From: an uncultured bacterium
GTDB taxonomy: Bacteria > Actinomycetota > Acidimicrobiia > Spongiisociales > UBA5794
Direction of reading: 5' to 3'
Assembly (NCBI GenBank): GCA_963801165.1
Contig: CAWDDT010000005.1
Span: forward strand, 160,001 to 224,000
DNA: 64,000 nucleotides
The notes beneath the pieces were generated by a model that did no database searches, had not been told where the DNA came from, and worked only from the letters and a program-made list of their open reading frames with translations. A program made the position numbers and the translations under genes. Below, one piece after another: positions 44,502 through 54,822 of the stretch (its first letter is position 1; every line of letters begins with the position of its first letter).

Positions 44502-45175
44502 GACGCCTCCGCCAGAACACCGTCGGTGATGTCGACGCGACGCTCCCCGCGCCGGCTCACCCGCTCATCGTGGGTAATCACCATCAGGGTCAAGCCGTCG
44601 GCGGTACGGAGCTCGTCAAAAAGATCGAGGATCGAATCCGTGGTCTTGGTATCGAGGTTCCCCGTCGGCTCGTCACACAAGAGCAGGCTCGGCTCGGGTG
44701 CTATAGCCCGGGCGATCGCTACCCGCTGCCGCTCCCCACCTGAGAGCTGGCGCGGGGTGAAGTCGAGACGGTGTCCGAGACCGACACGCTCGAGCGCGGC
44801 GCGGGAGCGCTCCTTGCGCACCCGGCGTGGTGTCCGGTTGTAGACCAGACCGGTCATGACGTTCTCCATCACCGTCCGGTACGGGAGCAGGTAGAACGCC
44901 TGGAAGACAAAGCCGATCTCGCTACCCCGCAGCGCGGCCCGCTGCCCATCGCTGAGGTCTCCGACATCCAGGCCGAGCAGCCGGTAGGTGCCGGCGGTGG
45001 GGGTGTCGAGACAACCCAGGATGTGCAGCAGTGTCGATTTCCCCGAGCCTGAGGGGCCGACGAGGGTGACATAGTCGCCCTCGGCGACCGTCAGATCGGC
45101 GCCCTTCACCGCCTCGACCGGGGGCGAACCCGCAAAGGTCCTGGTCACACCGTCCAGCTCGACTACAGCACTCAT
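44498..45175 (-). CDS. ABC ATP-binding protein (MacB/LolD type)
   Basis: GPSGSGKST, LSGGERQR, DEPTGNLD. Confidence 0.96.
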   Translation of the reverse strand: MSAVVELDGVTRTFAGSPPVEAVKGADLTVAEGDYVTLVGPSGSGKSTLLHILGCLDTPTAGTYRLLGLDVGDLSDGQRAALRGSEIGFVFQAFYLLPYRTVMENVMTGLVYNRTPRRVRKERSRAALERVGLGHRLDFTPRQLSGGERQRVAIARAIAPEPSLLLCDEPTGNLDTKTTDSILDLFDELRTADGLTLMVITHDERVSRRGERRVDITDGVLAEAS

Positions 45176-46719
45176 CCTTCGACCGTCGTCGTGGTCGTGC
45201 TGCCCTCCTGGAACCCGACGACCACACGGTCGCCCTCGTTGAGCTCGCCGTCGGTCGGGGAGACCTCCACCATCCCGCCCGGAGCGGACAAACCCGGCGT
45301 CACCGTCACCACTCTGGTAGACCCGTCGTCACTCTCAACAGTGACAATGGTGTCGCCGCTCCCCGTCGCCGACAGCGCCGCTGCCGGCACCGCCAGGACA
45401 TCGCCGCCGGAGGAACGGGTCGCCACCGGGATCGTTATCTTGACATTGGTGTTGTTGAGCTCGGCTCGTACCTCGTCGGGGACGATCTCGACATAGACCT
45501 CGTCGGCAGCGACGCCGTTGGTTCCGGCCGCTGCCGCCTTGACCGAGACTGTTCCACCGAGCTCGATGTTGAGCCGGCTGAGCTCGATCGTCACAGGGTC
45601 GCCTTCGTCGATCAGCTCCGCCTCGTCGACCGAGACCGACGAATCGATCGCCAGACGGGACCCGGAGACACGCATTATCTCGCCGGAAGCAAAGTCGCCC
45701 CGGCTCACCGTGACCGTGTCAACACGGATCGGGAACACCTTGAAGAACATGAACTCGCCGGTGGGGACGGGTGACCCGACCTTTGCCCGGGCCTCGGCGA
45801 GATCCCCCGATGCCTGTTCGAGTGCATCCCTTTGCGCACTGATGTCCTGAGGAGGACCCGCCGCCTCGGCGGCACCGAGTGCGGTTTGGTATGCGGCCTC
45901 CTTAGCAGTGACCTTGCCTTCGGCGGAGGCAACCGCCCCCTGGAGCTCCGCCAGCTCGGCGTCGGTTGGCGGCTGCCCGGTATCGGGATGCGTCCCTGCC
46001 TCGGCTTGGGCGAGGCGATCCTGGGCGCTAGCCAGCTCGTGCTGGGCATCCGAGAGATCGGCTGCGGCCCTGCTCACCGCCTGCTGTGCGGCTACTGCGG
46101 CACTTCGCTGAGCCACGGCTGCGTTGTACAGCTCGCGGGTACCATCGACGCTCTGCAGAAGCGCCTCGACCTGGTCGAGGAGCGCCTGGTCCGGCGGGAT
46201 CGGCTCGTACCCCTGCGACTCGTAGAGCGCCTTGACTGCGGCCTCCGTATCGGGACCGTAGACACCGTCGACAATGCCAGGGTCGAAACCCAGCCTGGTG
46301 AGTGCCGTCTGCAGCTGCTGGATGTCCTCACCCTCGTCGCCGGGTTGCACCGTGCGGAAGAGCGGAAGATCTCCCTGGAGCACAAACGTGGGCCGACCGG
46401 CCAGCTCGAACAGCACCGAGCCTTCCGGCAGCTCGTCACCCGACTGCGGAACCTTCGTGACCACCGGGGACAGCGTCGGGTCCGCCGGCTGGGGAGCCGT
46501 CACGGACTCGGGCTCGTCGAAACGCACGGTGCCTCTGGTGACGACGTCGTTTGCGATGACCATGCGGGCCACGGGGACGGTGATCAACGATGCTTCAGGA
46601 GGTTGGGCCTCTGCGGCGACCTGCGCAGGCGACTTGATCCTGGAACCGGCCACCCAGCCAACACCGGCGGCGGCAATGACGGCGATGAGTGCCAGAACGA
46701 GAATGACTCTGCGCTTCAA
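45172..46719 (-). CDS. membrane-fusion-like adaptor with peptidoglycan-binding domain
   Basis: GDEGEDIQQLQTALTRLGF..DGVYGPDTEAAV, coiled-coil hairpin, LAVPAAAL. Confidence 0.85.
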   Translation of the reverse strand: MKRRVILVLALIAVIAAAGVGWVAGSRIKSPAQVAAEAQPPEASLITVPVARMVIANDVVTRGTVRFDEPESVTAPQPADPTLSPVVTKVPQSGDELPEGSVLFELAGRPTFVLQGDLPLFRTVQPGDEGEDIQQLQTALTRLGFDPGIVDGVYGPDTEAAVKALYESQGYEPIPPDQALLDQVEALLQSVDGTRELYNAAVAQRSAAVAAQQAVSRAAADLSDAQHELASAQDRLAQAEAGTHPDTGQPPTDAELAELQGAVASAEGKVTAKEAAYQTALGAAEAAGPPQDISAQRDALEQASGDLAEARAKVGSPVPTGEFMFFKVFPIRVDTVTVSRGDFASGEIMRVSGSRLAIDSSVSVDEAELIDEGDPVTIELSRLNIELGGTVSVKAAAAGTNGVAADEVYVEIVPDEVRAELNNTNVKITIPVATRSSGGDVLAVPAAALSATGSGDTIVTVESDDGSTRVVTVTPGLSAPGGMVEVSPTDGELNEGDRVVVGFQEGSTTTTTVEG

Positions 46720-46749
46720 CGCCGACCTCTCGTTGTCGTGACAGCCGGT

Positions 46750-47985
46750 TCAGCCATTGGCATCGCGGAAGGCGACCAGCCGGTCCAGATTCTCGTCGAT
46801 GAAGATCTGCTGATACTCCGTATAGATGTTCTCCTGGAGATCACGCAGCGGCTGCGAGCATTCGTAGTTGGCGGTGGCGACACCGATCTCCTCGTCGATG
46901 AGTGGCTGCAACTCCTCCATGTCGTACTCGGGCCCGGCGTACGAGCCGTCGCCGCCTCCGACTTCGACGGGTCCGATGGTCGTGGCCACGCCGCTGGAAG
47001 AGCTCCCTTCGCCCTCCACCACGGAACCGCCGCCTTCGTCGAACACAGGCTCCGGCCACGTGATCACCGCGTCGACCCTCTGCTGGAATTCGCCGGGACC
47101 GTTCTCATCACCGTAGAAGTACGCGTACATGTCCTCCTGGGAGGCATAGTCGTAGCCGTGGTCGGCCATGCATGCCGACCAGCCGGCCTGGGCGTCGACC
47201 ATCCGCGGATCGGATTCCACCCTCGTCATGACGTCTTCGAAGTCCTGACCGAACTCCTGCCAGAACTCCTCCTGGGCTCCGCCGCCCCCATAGACGTCCT
47301 CGGACGCTGTGTTCTGGCACCCGTCAGACTGCCAGTTGGAGTAGGCATCGTTGTAGAACTGATTCAGCTCGTCCTCCGTCATGGCGTCGAGCTCTTCCTG
47401 AGGGGTGTTGGTGATGATGTCCGGCTCGCCACCGTACAGCACCCGGTAGTACTCCTCCTGTTCGACCTCGTCCATCGCGTTGATGATCTCCTGGTTGGGA
47501 TCGTTGGCGTACGGGTCCTCGTACTCACCGCCATCCTGGAACGCCTGATCCTGGAGCACCCATGTCGAGACACCGAAGCCGTACGTCTTTACGTATTCCT
47601 CTTCGTCGAACGCGTCGCCGACGAAGCCGCCGCCAACGTCGGAGGGCACGAACGGGACGTACTCGAAGCCCTCAGCCGCCATGCACTCGGCAACCTGCTG
47701 CTGGACCTCCATCTCCTGGGCGCGCCAATCGGTGTTCTCGTCGAATTGCACCGCCCCGGGGATGAAATCCGCGAGCGTCAGCTCGCCGTCGTCTCCGGCA
47801 TCGACCGCACCCGAGGTGGTCGTCGTCGTGTCGTCCGTCGTCCCCGACGTGCCCGTCGAATCCTGCTGCGACTGATCATTCGCAACGTCGGACGCGCCGG
47901 TATCCGTTGTCTCGGTTGCCGTTCCCCCGCATGCCCCGAGGAGCAAAACGAAGGCCGCAACGATCATGAAAAACCGTCTCACCAC
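46750..47985 (-). CDS. acidic lipoprotein associated with the ABC operon
   Basis: Lipobox LLGAC; AECMAAEGFEY and WSACMADHGYDY motifs. Confidence 0.8.
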   Translation of the reverse strand: MVRRFFMIVAAFVLLLGACGGTATETTDTGASDVANDQSQQDSTGTSGTTDDTTTTTSGAVDAGDDGELTLADFIPGAVQFDENTDWRAQEMEVQQQVAECMAAEGFEYVPFVPSDVGGGFVGDAFDEEEYVKTYGFGVSTWVLQDQAFQDGGEYEDPYANDPNQEIINAMDEVEQEEYYRVLYGGEPDIITNTPQEELDAMTEDELNQFYNDAYSNWQSDGCQNTASEDVYGGGGAQEEFWQEFGQDFEDVMTRVESDPRMVDAQAGWSACMADHGYDYASQEDMYAYFYGDENGPGEFQQRVDAVITWPEPVFDEGGGSVVEGEGSSSSGVATTIGPVEVGGGDGSYAGPEYDMEELQPLIDEEIGVATANYECSQPLRDLQENIYTEYQQIFIDENLDRLVAFRDANG

Positions 47986-48105
47986 ATACCTCCGGGTTAT
48001 GTCGCCGAAGCGTACTGCTACCCGCCACCTACTGCCAGACGACGCGGAGCAGCCTCTCCACGATGAGACGTTTCATACCACCGCCGGGTTCCCGATGACC
48101 TTGCG

Positions 48106-48222
48106 CTATCCCGATTCGATCGTCATCGGGCCCTTTCGCAAACGGTTCCCGCGGCATCGATGATGAGGTGACACCCCGGCAATGAGCCCGACGAGGAAGC
48201 GGCGGCGCGACAGGTCGGTCAC
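48106..48222 (-). pseudogene. remnant of a Tat-exported protein gene
   Basis: GTG overlaps the upstream stop; VTDLSRRRFLVGLIAG then stop after 38 codons. Confidence 0.5.
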
Positions 48223-50129
48223 GGCTGCTCGATCGCCCCCATGGTGGGGGCCGTCGTCGAGCGGAGAGACCCGAAGAAGTCGGTGTCGACGCCGGTGAGC
48301 ACCACGGCCGCGCCCAATGCCGGGCTGGAGGTGGCGGGTGTGTAACGGGCGGCAGCATCGTCCGGTCCGGTGAGACCGGACACCGTCGGGGTCACCACCA
48401 CGCCCGTGCCCGATGTCGCCGTGACATCTCCGGTTTGCGGGAAAATCGGAATGCCGGGAGTGGGTGAGCCCGAGTTGTGAAAGGCGCCTGCCCATAGCTG
48501 CGGCCCGAACGTGATCGTGGCGCTCCCGGCGTCGTTCCTGGCATATTGCGGGTCCCCGCCCGTGCCAATGACGAGGTTGCTCGAGATATGGATGTCGTCG
48601 TTGCCGCTGGCACCACCGGAGGCGTTGTTGCCACTCTGGAGCCGGAAAATGGCGAAGCTGCTCTGGGTAACGATGGTGTTGTTGTACACCTCGGCGCCGT
48701 CGACACCCCTGATCTCCACCGCCGAATCGTCGCAATCGGTAATGAGGTTGTTCCGCACCACCTGGTCGACGCCCTCCCACTCGGGATAGAGAGGGTTCCA
48801 GAACGACGCCCCGGTGTTGCCCCCGAGCTGGAGGGCGGCGTTGCCCCGGATGCCCCGCACGACGTTGCCCTCGATGAGGATGTCGGCCGAGCCGCCCTTG
48901 AAGAAGATTCCGTGGCTGCCGGGGTCGTTGTCGTGGATGTCGTTGCCGACCACGACCGCCCCGTCGACCCCCACCCCGTCGATGATGGCGTTGTCTATGG
49001 CTTCGCTGACGTCGTTGTTCTCGAGACAGATCGTGCCCACGCCGGCGTTCTCCGGATTGTTGCGGTTGACCTTGATCGCAGCGCCCGGCCCGGACGCCAG
49101 GTCGTGGATGATCGTGTTCGCGACGTGGACGTGATGTACGTCGTCGCTCCCCGGGGCGATGTGCAGGTTGTTCCCACCGCCGTTCCGGATGTCGACACCC
49201 TCGAGGGACACATAGGACCCCCCGAGGCGGAACTCGCCTGCCCCGGCCAGGTCGATGATCGGAGTCGTCGCCCCGGCGGCGACGATACGTATCCAGTCGG
49301 TGGGGGTCCCGGAGTTGCTGATTGTGAGGTTCCCCGATTGCGTGTAGGTGCCGGCCCCGAGGACGATCAGGTCGCCCGGCTGCGCTCCCGACAGCGCTTC
49401 GGCGAGGGTCGGTGAGCCACCGGGCGTAACGATGATCTGGCGCAAGGCTGCGGTGCCCTCGGGAGGTCGCACACATGCCGTGTTTGCGGGCGGTGGCACC
49501 TCAGCACCGAGACCCAATGCCCGCGCCAGGAACGAGGCCATCTCGTCACGGCGGACCTGGCGCTGCGGGCAGAAGTGGTCGTTGGCAGGCGGGTTGCATC
49601 CCAGGGTGATCTCAGCCTGCCGGAGCCGGTCGATCTGTGCCTCGAAGACCGACCCGTCGTCGTCGGTGAACCAGTCTCCCGTCCCCGGATTGGTGTACCC
49701 GAAGGCACGCACCAAGAACGCCGCCATCTGACCCCGGGTAACCGGATCGTTGGGGCAGAACTGATCGTTGACCGGCGGGTTGCAGCCTTTGGTGATACCG
49801 GCTGCGGCAATTGAGTTGACGTTGGCTTCGAACACAGAGCCATCGTCGTCGGTGAAGGAATCGCTGCCGGCCGCGGGCAGGTCGAGGGCTCGTACCAGAA
49901 ACGCCGCCATCTGACCCCTGGTAACGGTGTCGCCGGGGCAGAAACGATCGTTGACCGGCGGGTTGCACCCCAGAGTGATCCCGGCTGCGGCGATCGCCTC
50001 GATGTTGCCCTCGTGGACGTTGCCGTTGTCGTCTACAAAGGTCCCGCCGGGTGGGAGTGCGGCACCGGCGGCCGAGAGACCGGAGACAAACAGAACGACG
50101 GATACGATAATCGGCGTAAGACGTCTCAC
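48219..50129 (-). CDS. secreted SLH-repeat protein with right-handed parallel beta-helix domain
   Basis: Signal peptide; 3x GIT.GCNPP.ND.FCP..VTRGQMAAFL; AQPGDLIVLGAGTY, IEGNVV, VYNNTI. Confidence 0.85.
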   Translation of the reverse strand: MRRLTPIIVSVVLFVSGLSAAGAALPPGGTFVDDNGNVHEGNIEAIAAAGITLGCNPPVNDRFCPGDTVTRGQMAAFLVRALDLPAAGSDSFTDDDGSVFEANVNSIAAAGITKGCNPPVNDQFCPNDPVTRGQMAAFLVRAFGYTNPGTGDWFTDDDGSVFEAQIDRLRQAEITLGCNPPANDHFCPQRQVRRDEMASFLARALGLGAEVPPPANTACVRPPEGTAALRQIIVTPGGSPTLAEALSGAQPGDLIVLGAGTYTQSGNLTISNSGTPTDWIRIVAAGATTPIIDLAGAGEFRLGGSYVSLEGVDIRNGGGNNLHIAPGSDDVHHVHVANTIIHDLASGPGAAIKVNRNNPENAGVGTICLENNDVSEAIDNAIIDGVGVDGAVVVGNDIHDNDPGSHGIFFKGGSADILIEGNVVRGIRGNAALQLGGNTGASFWNPLYPEWEGVDQVVRNNLITDCDDSAVEIRGVDGAEVYNNTIVTQSSFAIFRLQSGNNASGGASGNDDIHISSNLVIGTGGDPQYARNDAGSATITFGPQLWAGAFHNSGSPTPGIPIFPQTGDVTATSGTGVVVTPTVSGLTGPDDAAARYTPATSSPALGAAVVLTGVDTDFFGSLRSTTAPTMGAIEQP

Positions 50130-50156
50130 GGGTCTCAGTATCGTTGCCGTCGGGAG

Positions 50157-50585
50157 CTAGGCCTCATCGCGGTTGCGCATGTGGTCGGCAAGCTGGGCAA
50201 AACGAATCTCCAGGTAGCCGCGAACCGGCTCCGGAATGTTTGTGTCATCCATCGCCCCGGTCATACACCGCATCCACTCTGCTGCCTCGGTTGTGCCGAT
50301 GGCGAATCTCAAGTGACGCGCCCGTAGGCGGGGATGGCCCTTGCGCTCGGCGTAGAGGTTGGGTCCACCCATCCAGCCGCTCAGGTACTCGAAGAGGTTG
50401 CGGCGTGAGTTCCGGTCATCGGCCGGATGCAGGGCCTGTAGGACCGGCGAGTCCGCCTTGATGCGGTCGTAGAAATGATCGACCAGAGCCCGTAGCGGGA
50501 CCTCGCCACCGAGCTCTTCGTACGGGGTAGCCGCACCGCCCCAGGGGTTGCCCGCGATAGGCCGGGGTCCGGGGTTGATCCTCAA
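50157..50585 (-). CDS. group II truncated hemoglobin
   Basis: YEELGG..LVDHFYDRI, GWMGGPNLY...GHPRLRARH..FAI..EW. Confidence 0.92.
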   Translation of the reverse strand: MRINPGPRPIAGNPWGGAATPYEELGGEVPLRALVDHFYDRIKADSPVLQALHPADDRNSRRNLFEYLSGWMGGPNLYAERKGHPRLRARHLRFAIGTTEAAEWMRCMTGAMDDTNIPEPVRGYLEIRFAQLADHMRNRDEA

Positions 50586-51037
50586 GTGCGCAGCTCGTCG
50601 AGATCGGGAGCGAGCAGGTCGCGCTCTGATGCGTCCTCGATCTGGCCCATCAGCTCCAATGCAGCCTCCAGGTGCTCATCTCTGCCGGCATCGTCCCCGG
50701 CGAGAAGGGCGGCGCGGGCGAGGGCCTCGTGGGCGTATGCGACAAAGAACGCCCCCAGCTCAGCGCGGGTGGCCGTCTCCAATGAGCGGCGCCCGTACTC
50801 CGCGGCGAGGCCAGCATGGCCAAGCATCGCGGCTACCCGCGATACCTGCCAGTCGCTGACGCTGAAGTTGCGCGCCTCACCGACCTGGAGCCAGTGGTAG
50901 CGCGAGGTGAACGCGGCCGTGAGCATCTCGACGTCATCATCGGGTGATCGTGAATCCTGATCGAGCAGCACCCAGGTCCGGTTGAATAGGGCTACGGCGA
51001 GACTACGGTGATCGATCGGTTCGGGGTCGGCGCTCAT
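50582..51037 (-). CDS. hypothetical helical-repeat protein
   Basis: HRSLAVALFNRTW..LD, SRYHW, WQVSRV, YAHEALARA. Confidence 0.75.
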   Translation of the reverse strand: MSADPEPIDHRSLAVALFNRTWVLLDQDSRSPDDDVEMLTAAFTSRYHWLQVGEARNFSVSDWQVSRVAAMLGHAGLAAEYGRRSLETATRAELGAFFVAYAHEALARAALLAGDDAGRDEHLEAALELMGQIEDASERDLLAPDLDELRT

Positions 51038-51172
51038 TCTGTCTCCGGTACGCTTTCTTCGAATCTAACGCATGCGATGGCCCCGCCGCGCCCGTAGCGT
51101 ATGTCGCCGCAGCAAGGTGTGGTGTCGGCGACAACTATCCTGAATACATTCTCTCGAACTTCGGAGATGACC

Positions 51173-51913
51173 ATGCGATCGATCGTTCAATATCACCGAC
51201 CTGCCGATGTCGCCGAGGTGGTGGCGTTGCTGAGCAGACCGGAAGTGAACACGGTCGTGGTCGCGGGCGGGACGTCGATCCCTCCAGACTCGCAGACGGA
51301 GACCGAGGTGGTCGACATCCAGGCAGCGGTGGGATCCGGGCTGGAGTTGCAGGACGGGCGCCTGGTGATGGGAGCGATGTGCCGGCTCCAGGACATCGTC
51401 GACAGCCGCCGGACTCCCCCGCTCATCCAGGACCTCGCCCGGCGCGAGGGACCTTCGACGTTCCGTCACGCCGCCACGGTAGGCGGCACGGTCGGCGCCG
51501 CCGATTGGGAAAGCGGCCTGCTGGCAGGCTTGCTCGTCTACGAGGCGGAGTTGACATTCGCCACCACCGGGGGCACCCGCGCGATGTCACTCGAGGAAGC
51601 GCTGGCAGCGCCGTATGTGCCGGGTGGAGCGGTCATCACCTCGGTGTCTATCGTGGTCGATGGCGAGGCGACCTTCGCCGCTACCGGCCGCACCCCGGCC
51701 GACACGCCGATCGTCGCCGCGGCAGCGCGGGTGGTGTCCGCGGGGTTCCGGGTCGCTCTCACCGGTGTCGCCGCCACCCCGGTCCTCGTCGATCCGAACG
51801 ACCTGGCGTCGCTCGACCCGCCCGGTGACTTCCGCGGCTCGTCCCGTTACCGAAAGGCGCTGGCATCGACCCTGGTCGGCAGGGCGATTGCCCGGCTGGG
51901 AGGTGCGGCATGA
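51173..51913 (+). CDS. molybdo-hydroxylase FAD-binding subunit (YgfM-like)
   Basis: QYHRP, VAGGT, RHAATVGG, RTPADTPIV, DFRGSSRYR. Confidence 0.85.
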   Translation: MRSIVQYHRPADVAEVVALLSRPEVNTVVVAGGTSIPPDSQTETEVVDIQAAVGSGLELQDGRLVMGAMCRLQDIVDSRRTPPLIQDLARREGPSTFRHAATVGGTVGAADWESGLLAGLLVYEAELTFATTGGTRAMSLEEALAAPYVPGGAVITSVSIVVDGEATFAATGRTPADTPIVAAAARVVSAGFRVALTGVAATPVLVDPNDLASLDPPGDFRGSSRYRKALASTLVGRAIARLGGAA

Positions 51914-54822
51914 ACGTCACCCTCACCCTCAACGGCTCCCCCACCGTCTGTGAATGTGAGCCACACGAGTCGCTGCGCTCGGTCCTCAGGCGGCAAGGCC
52001 TCTTCAGCGTGCGGTTCGGGGCAGAGACCGGTGAGACCGGCGCCGACGCAGTGCTCGTGGACGGGCGGTTAGTGTCGAGCGAGATCATGCTCGCCGCCCA
52101 GGCCGACGGCCACGTCGTCGAGACCATCGAGAGCCTGAACCCTCCTCGCGGTCTTCATCCTCTGCAGGAGGCGTTCGTCGCCGCAGGCGCCATCCAGTCG
52201 GGATACTCGGCGCCGGCGATGATTCTCGCCGCCAAAGCTCTGCTGGATGCGAACCCGAACCCCACCGAGACCGAGGTACGCGACGCGCTGTCGGGCATCC
52301 TCGACCGTGAGACCGGGTATCTGCGACCGGTGCACGCGGTCTTGCGTGCCGCCGCCGTGCTCCGCGGCGAGGAGGTACCGGTTGTCGAACCGACCCTGAT
52401 TGATGCTCTCGTTGCTCCCGGCGGCGCCCCGGACCTCCATACCGCGATGGAGCCGCTCAGCCTGCCGCCGCTGGCCCCCCGGGTCGTGCCCAGCCCGGAG
52501 GTCCCGGAGACGAACGTCGTCGGCAAGCCGGAACGCAAGGTCGATGCGATCAAGCTCGCCAAGGGACACGCGGCGTTCGTTGACGACATCGAGATGCGGG
52601 GAATGCTGTACGCCAAGATGCTGTACAGCCCGTATGCACACGCCCGCATTCTCGACATCGACGACTCGAAGGCCCGCTCCCTTCCCGGCGTGCACGCCGT
52701 CTTGCACTACAAGAACGTCGCCCGCGTTCGCTATGCCTCAGGCGGGCAGAGCTACCCGAACCCCTTGCCGTACGACCAGGTCAGCTTCGACAACAAGGTG
52801 CGTCATGTGGGCGATCGCGTCGCGGTGGTGGCCGCCGACTCGATAGAGATCGCAGAACACGCAGTCCGGCTGATCGATGTCGATTACGAGGTTCTGCCTG
52901 CGGTTTTCGATGAGAACGAGGCAATCACAGGCGACGCCCCGGTGATCCACGACGAGCCGGACATGGAAGGTGCCCACGATGCGGCACGGAACATCGTCCA
53001 CCACATGGAAGCCGAGGTGCGTGACTTCGCCGCGGGTCTGGCAACGGCCGACCATGTGTTCGAAGGGACCTTCCGGGTCCATCAGGTTCAGCAGGCCCCC
53101 ATCGAACCGCATATCGCCATCGCCTGGCTTGACAGTGACGAACGGCTCGTCATCCGGACCTCTACCCAGGTGCCATTCCACGTACGGCGCATGGTGGCGC
53201 CACTCCTCGGCATGCCGGTCCGGGACGTGCGTATCGTCAAACCGCGTATCGGTGGCGGGTTCGGTGTCAAGCAGGAGATGCTCATCGAGGACATCGTCGG
53301 CCACCTGGCTCTGGTGACGGGACGACCGGTACGGCTGGAGCTCAACCGCCACGAGGAGTTCGTTTCCAGCCGGACCCGACATCCGCAAACGATCACCTAC
53401 ACCACCGGCGTCAAGTCGGATGGCACCCTGGTGGCACAGCGGATGCGGGTCGTGGGCAACACCGGGCCGTACGGTACCCACGGCCTAACCGTGCAACAGG
53501 TCAGCGGGCTGCGCGGGCTGAGCACCTACAACTGCCCGAACAAGAAGTTCGAATGCGATGTGGCCTACACCAACACCCCGGTGGCCGGCGCCTACCGCGG
53601 CTACGGCGCCCCCCAGGCGCTGTTCGCCCTCGAGTCGCACATGGAAGACATCGCAACCAAGCTGGGCATGGATCCGCTCGAGTTCCGCCGCAAGAACTGG
53701 ACCAAGGTCGGGGATCCCCTCGATGTCGCCGCCGAGCTCGGAGAAGGCGCGACCGAGATGAAGTTCATCCCCGTCGTCACCTCGAGCGGCATGGACGAAT
53801 GCACCGTGCAGGGCCAGCGGGCCGTGCGCTGGCACCGTCGCAACGACCCGGATTGGATCCAGCCGGCTGATCGCCCTCATATCCGGCGCGGGCTCGGCTT
53901 TGCCATGTGCATGCACGGGAGTGCCATCTCCGGGCTCGACATGGGAGGGGCCAGCATCAAGATCAACGACGACGGATCATTCAACCTGTTGATAGGGGCC
54001 ACCGACCTCGGTACGGGGGCGGACACCATCCTGGCGCAGATTGCAGCAGAGGTGCTCGGTGTCCCGACCGAAGACGTGATCGTCTACGCCGCCGACACCG
54101 ACATGACCCCGTTCGATGTCGGGGCGTACGCCTCGTCGACCACGTATGTCTCGGGAATGGCAGTGAAGAAAGCCGCCGAGCAGGTTCGGTACCAAATCGC
54201 GTCGCGGGCCGCCCTCATGCTCGACATCGACTCCGCCGGCGACATCGAGCTGCGGGGTCGCGCCGCATTCGCCCCCGACGGACGGTCGGTGACCCTCGGA
54301 CAGGTCGCCCTGCACTCGCTGCACCAGGACGATCAGCATCAGATCATGGCGACGGCGTCGTATGTGGCCCCTGATTCGCCGCCGCCCTACGCCGCCCAGT
54401 TCGCCGAGGTGGAAGTCGACGTGGAAACCGGCCAGGTGACGGTGCTCAACCTGGTGATGGCGGTCGACTGCGGCGTGCCGATAAATCCGCTGACCTCGTC
54501 AGGGCAGGTCGAAGGCGGCATGGTGCAGGCACTCGGGTACGCCCATTGTGAGGAGATGGCACTCGACGAGACGGGCACGATGGTCAACGCACGGTTCGGC
54601 CCGTACAAGATCTACCGGTCGGACGAGATGCCCAACATCGAGGCTTACCTGGTACAAACCATGGAGAAGTCGGGCCCGTTCGGCGCCAAGGCGATCGCCG
54701 AGATACCAAAGGATGGGGTCGCCCCCGCCATCCGCAATGCCATCTTCAACGCCACCGGCGTGCAGATCAACAACATCCCGTTCACCCCGGAGCGGGTCTG
54801 GCAAGCTTTGCAGACAGAGTGA
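51910..54822 (+). CDS. xanthine-dehydrogenase-family Mo subunit with fused, Cys-less Fe-S-like domain (XdhD/YgfN-like)
   Basis: STQVPF, GGGFGVKQE, AYRGYGAPQ, GAYASSTT, GPFGAKAIAE. Confidence 0.9.
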   Translation: MNVTLTLNGSPTVCECEPHESLRSVLRRQGLFSVRFGAETGETGADAVLVDGRLVSSEIMLAAQADGHVVETIESLNPPRGLHPLQEAFVAAGAIQSGYSAPAMILAAKALLDANPNPTETEVRDALSGILDRETGYLRPVHAVLRAAAVLRGEEVPVVEPTLIDALVAPGGAPDLHTAMEPLSLPPLAPRVVPSPEVPETNVVGKPERKVDAIKLAKGHAAFVDDIEMRGMLYAKMLYSPYAHARILDIDDSKARSLPGVHAVLHYKNVARVRYASGGQSYPNPLPYDQVSFDNKVRHVGDRVAVVAADSIEIAEHAVRLIDVDYEVLPAVFDENEAITGDAPVIHDEPDMEGAHDAARNIVHHMEAEVRDFAAGLATADHVFEGTFRVHQVQQAPIEPHIAIAWLDSDERLVIRTSTQVPFHVRRMVAPLLGMPVRDVRIVKPRIGGGFGVKQEMLIEDIVGHLALVTGRPVRLELNRHEEFVSSRTRHPQTITYTTGVKSDGTLVAQRMRVVGNTGPYGTHGLTVQQVSGLRGLSTYNCPNKKFECDVAYTNTPVAGAYRGYGAPQALFALESHMEDIATKLGMDPLEFRRKNWTKVGDPLDVAAELGEGATEMKFIPVVTSSGMDECTVQGQRAVRWHRRNDPDWIQPADRPHIRRGLGFAMCMHGSAISGLDMGGASIKINDDGSFNLLIGATDLGTGADTILAQIAAEVLGVPTEDVIVYAADTDMTPFDVGAYASSTTYVSGMAVKKAAEQVRYQIASRAALMLDIDSAGDIELRGRAAFAPDGRSVTLGQVALHSLHQDDQHQIMATASYVAPDSPPPYAAQFAEVEVDVETGQVTVLNLVMAVDCGVPINPLTSSGQVEGGMVQALGYAHCEEMALDETGTMVNARFGPYKIYRSDEMPNIEAYLVQTMEKSGPFGAKAIAEIPKDGVAPAIRNAIFNATGVQINNIPFTPERVWQALQTE

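Noticed and set aside
51910-52330. Selenocysteine recoding at the missing Cys positions
   Set aside because: The codons are ordinary sense codons; there is no in-frame TGA
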